DNA of 38,749 bases from Octopus bimaculoides (taxonomy: Eukaryota), in NCBI RefSeq assembly GCF_001194135.2, contig NC_068985.1, positions 123,555,477-123,594,225 of the forward strand, given 5' to 3'. Every line of letters begins with the position of its first letter. Position 1 is the stretch's first letter. The position numbers and the translations under genes were made by a program. The notes beneath the pieces are model-generated. The model worked only from the letters and a program-made list of their open reading frames with translations. It was not told the origin of the DNA and searched no databases. Of this stretch, positions 36,001-38,749 are shown piece by piece.

Positions 36001-36611
36001 CCATCACTTATTCATATTTATAATACTGTCAATTTTCCGAATCTGGAATCCATGCGGTGAATGAACAGTAATTAAAGGTCAAACCTCATCAAGTGTACCT
36101 TTTCGATTAACATCTTTTAATTAATATTTTTTTTCATTTATTTATTAGTTCAATCCATCTACATTTAATTCATCCCTTTTAATTTATTTATCCATTCATT
36201 TATTTATTTTACAAATTCCTTCAGCTGTCATGTTTCACCATTTATTCACCTGATACAATCTCATCTCATTGTCTTCTAATCATCTGTATATTTCATATAT
36301 TTTTATTGAATATTTTAATTAAATTAACTCCTGCCCACAAAGCATTTCCTCTTCTTTCCTCCTTTTGTTTCTTTTCTTCCTTTTCCTCACCAACATCCCT
36401 TTTCTCACCCTTTGAGAGAAATCACACACGCACATATAAATACATGTCTTTAGTCATAACTTGCCTGATGGTACTGTTTGCATACAACTGAAAGAATCTG
36501 ACTCATTGAAAATAAATATATTATGAATATCTACTATGATACTGAGTACAATCTCTTGATGTCATCATGAACGTATATGTATTATCATATATATATATCA
36601 TCATCATTGAC

Positions 36612-36910
36612 GACATCATTATCATTATCATCATCGCTTAACATCCACCTTCTATGCTGGCATGGGTTGGACGGTTTGGCAGGAGCTGACCAGGCAGAAG
36701 ACTACACCAGACTTCTGTGTCTGTTTTAGCATGGTTTTTATGGCTGGATGCCTTTTGAAATACAAGTGCTATTCACTTTTGCTACCTAATTGGACTGGAG
36801 TAATGTGAAATAAAGTGTCCTGCTCAAAGACACAACATGCTGCTGGGAATCGAACTCATAACCTTATGATCATGAGTGAAATGCCCTTACCACTAAGCCA
36901 TGTGTTGTCA
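36612..36910 (-). mobile_element. chimeric element: SINE-D tRNA head joined to RTE 3' tail
   Basis: Reverse complement: catggcttagtggtaagggc...gagttcgattccc...gtgtctttgagcaggacactttatttcacattactccagtcc...gcacttgtatttcaaaaggcatccagccataaaaacc...ccaacccatgccagcatag...(gat)n. Confidence 0.7.
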
Positions 36911-37238
36911 CAAAAAAAACAAAACACTCATACATTTATATGGATATATATATGACAGGCTTCTTCCAGTTTCTATCTATCAATCAATCTTATTCAAAAA
37001 GCTAACAGTGAACTTGCCATAGGGAGTAGAAAATATGTATTGAACAGTGCCCTACATCAAGGAAAAGTTGGAAGAGGAAAAATAAATATAAGACAGCAGA
37101 GTTTTACATCCTCCAATTAAAAAAAAACTGGCTTCAACTGATAAAGAATGCAGGACTACATGAACTGCATATGTGAACAAAAAGTACAAAGAAAGAGGAA
37201 TGGAATGAAGAGAAATATTCTTGTTTTTTTTTTCATTT

Positions 37239-37597
37239 TACTTGTTTCAGTCATTAGACTGTGGCCATGCTGGGGCACCATCCTGAATTTATTGACCTCA
37301 GTACGTATCTCTTTTTAAAGCCTGGTACCTATTCTATCACCCAATTTTGCTGAACTGAAGATGTAAACACACCAACATCGGTTGTCAAGTGGTGGTGGTG
37401 GTGGGACAACATAGACACAAAGACACACACACACACGATAGGCTTCTTTTAGTTTCTATCTACCAAATCCACTCACAAGGATTTAGTCGGCCCAAGGCTA
37501 TAGTAGAAGACACTCACCCAAGGTGTGCCATGTAGTGGGACTGAACCCAGAACCATATGGTTGGGAAACAAACTTCTTGTCACACACCCACACCAGT
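37239..37597 (-). mobile_element. SINE family A copy (small internal deletions)
   Basis: ttttacttgtttcagtcattagactgtggccatgctggggcacc ... ggactgaacccagaaccatatggttggg; reverse complement aligns to 15995-16414. Confidence 0.9.
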
Positions 37598-38103
37598 GAC
37601 TAAGTAGGCAAAGCTGAGTGTGAGGTAAAGGGAAAAGATGAGGTGAAAGGAAGTTGGAGGGTGAGAAACGGTTTAATGAACTAAGACGAGGTACAGAAAG
37701 AAAAAAAACATTCATTTAAACCTGTCTGTGACATGGTGCCAAGTTCAATTATGAAACGTTCTCTCAATTTTGCCTTTGTCAGCTTCCATTCTTCTTACCT
37801 TCTGCCTCATTCCATACTTTTTATCTACTACCTTCTGAAACTCTTTCTCCTACCATTTCTTGTTTATGTACAAAGCTTATACATGAAGTGATCTTGTGTT
37901 CCTTATCAGCTGCAGCCAGTTTTTTTTTGTAACTTAGAGAGGATAGAAAACTCAGCTGTCTCTCATTAATTTCTCATCATTAATTTCTTTTCATTCAATT
38001 TTTTCCTGAAGAATGACTCTGACTTGTTAGATTTTCCACTTCACCTGGCAAGTTCACACCACACTTTTCATGGATTTTACTAGACACACACATTTGTATA
38101 TAT

Positions 38104-38735
38104 ATCATCATCATCATCATCATCGTTTAAAGTCTGTTTTCCATGCTGGCATAGGTTGGACAGTTTGACTGAGGTCTGGAGAGCCAGTGGCTGCACCAGG
38201 TTCCAGTTTGGTCTGGTAATGTTTCTACAGCTGGATGCCCTTCCTAACACCAACTACTCCGAGAGTGTAGTGGGTGCTTTTTACATGCCACTGGCACAGG
38301 AGCCAGTCAGGCAAGCCTGGCATTAATCACGTTCGGATGGTGCTTTTTACATGCCACCTGCATGGAAGCCAGGAGGCACTGGCCACAGATATGATATTGG
38401 TTTTACTTGACTCAACAGGTCTTTTCAAGCATATCATATCACCCAAAACAGCAGGGCTATTCTTAACCGGGCCGGAAATGCTTGGCTGCAATCTCACTTT
38501 AGTTACTGGGTCTTTTCAATCACAGCATATCTCCAAAGGTCCCAGTCTCCTGTCATTGCCTCAATGAGGCCCAGTGTTTGGTCATGCTTCACCACCTCAT
38601 TTCATGTCTTCCACAGGTTCCTTCTACAGTTAGGGAGTGGCACTTCCTCACACAGCTGTCTTCATTTATACGTAACACACGACCATACCAGTGCAGTCAC
38701 CTCTCTTGCACACCATATTTGATGCTTGTTATGCC
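38104..38735 (-). mobile_element. RTE-clade LINE 3' end: ORF C-terminus, 3' UTR and (GAT)n tail
   Basis: Minus strand GITSIKYGVQER*LHWYGRVLRINEDSCVRKCHSLTVEGTCGR (the RL.W.GHV.R motif of RTE), then a UTR ending in the same tail as 15607-15790 and 27198-27355. Confidence 0.88.
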
Positions 38736-38749
38736 CAATATATATATAT

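Overview
Eukaryotic, AT-rich, microsatellite-dense genomic DNA with 8 N-gaps. The repeat families look like those of a coleoid cephalopod, probably Octopus; this is inferred from recognisable SINE/LINE sequences and was not checked against a database. No intact host protein-coding gene, rRNA, tRNA or CRISPR array can be supported. The window is essentially a transposon graveyard (intergenic or deep intronic). It holds two degenerate Tx1/L1-clade LINEs (one with a nearly complete APE-RT-CCHC ORF2), several RTE-clade fossils with many RTE 3'-tail copies, two R4/Dong-clade (RT plus restriction-like endonuclease) fragments, and CR1-like 3' ends. It also holds DD34D mariner and DD37D maT transposase fossils, TA- and TTAA-type MITEs, and at least three tRNA-SINE families. 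The most interesting signals are: a minimal type I hammerhead-ribozyme motif in a Penelope-like insert (13283-13319); R4/Dong copies bracketed by (TACA)n microsatellite, suggesting target specificity; a 3' tail shared between the dominant SINE and a CR1-like LINE; two identical, inverted RTE tails suggesting very recent activity; and a fold-back repair scar. All translations and alignments were done by eye, and element boundaries are approximate unless TIR/TSD coordinates are given.
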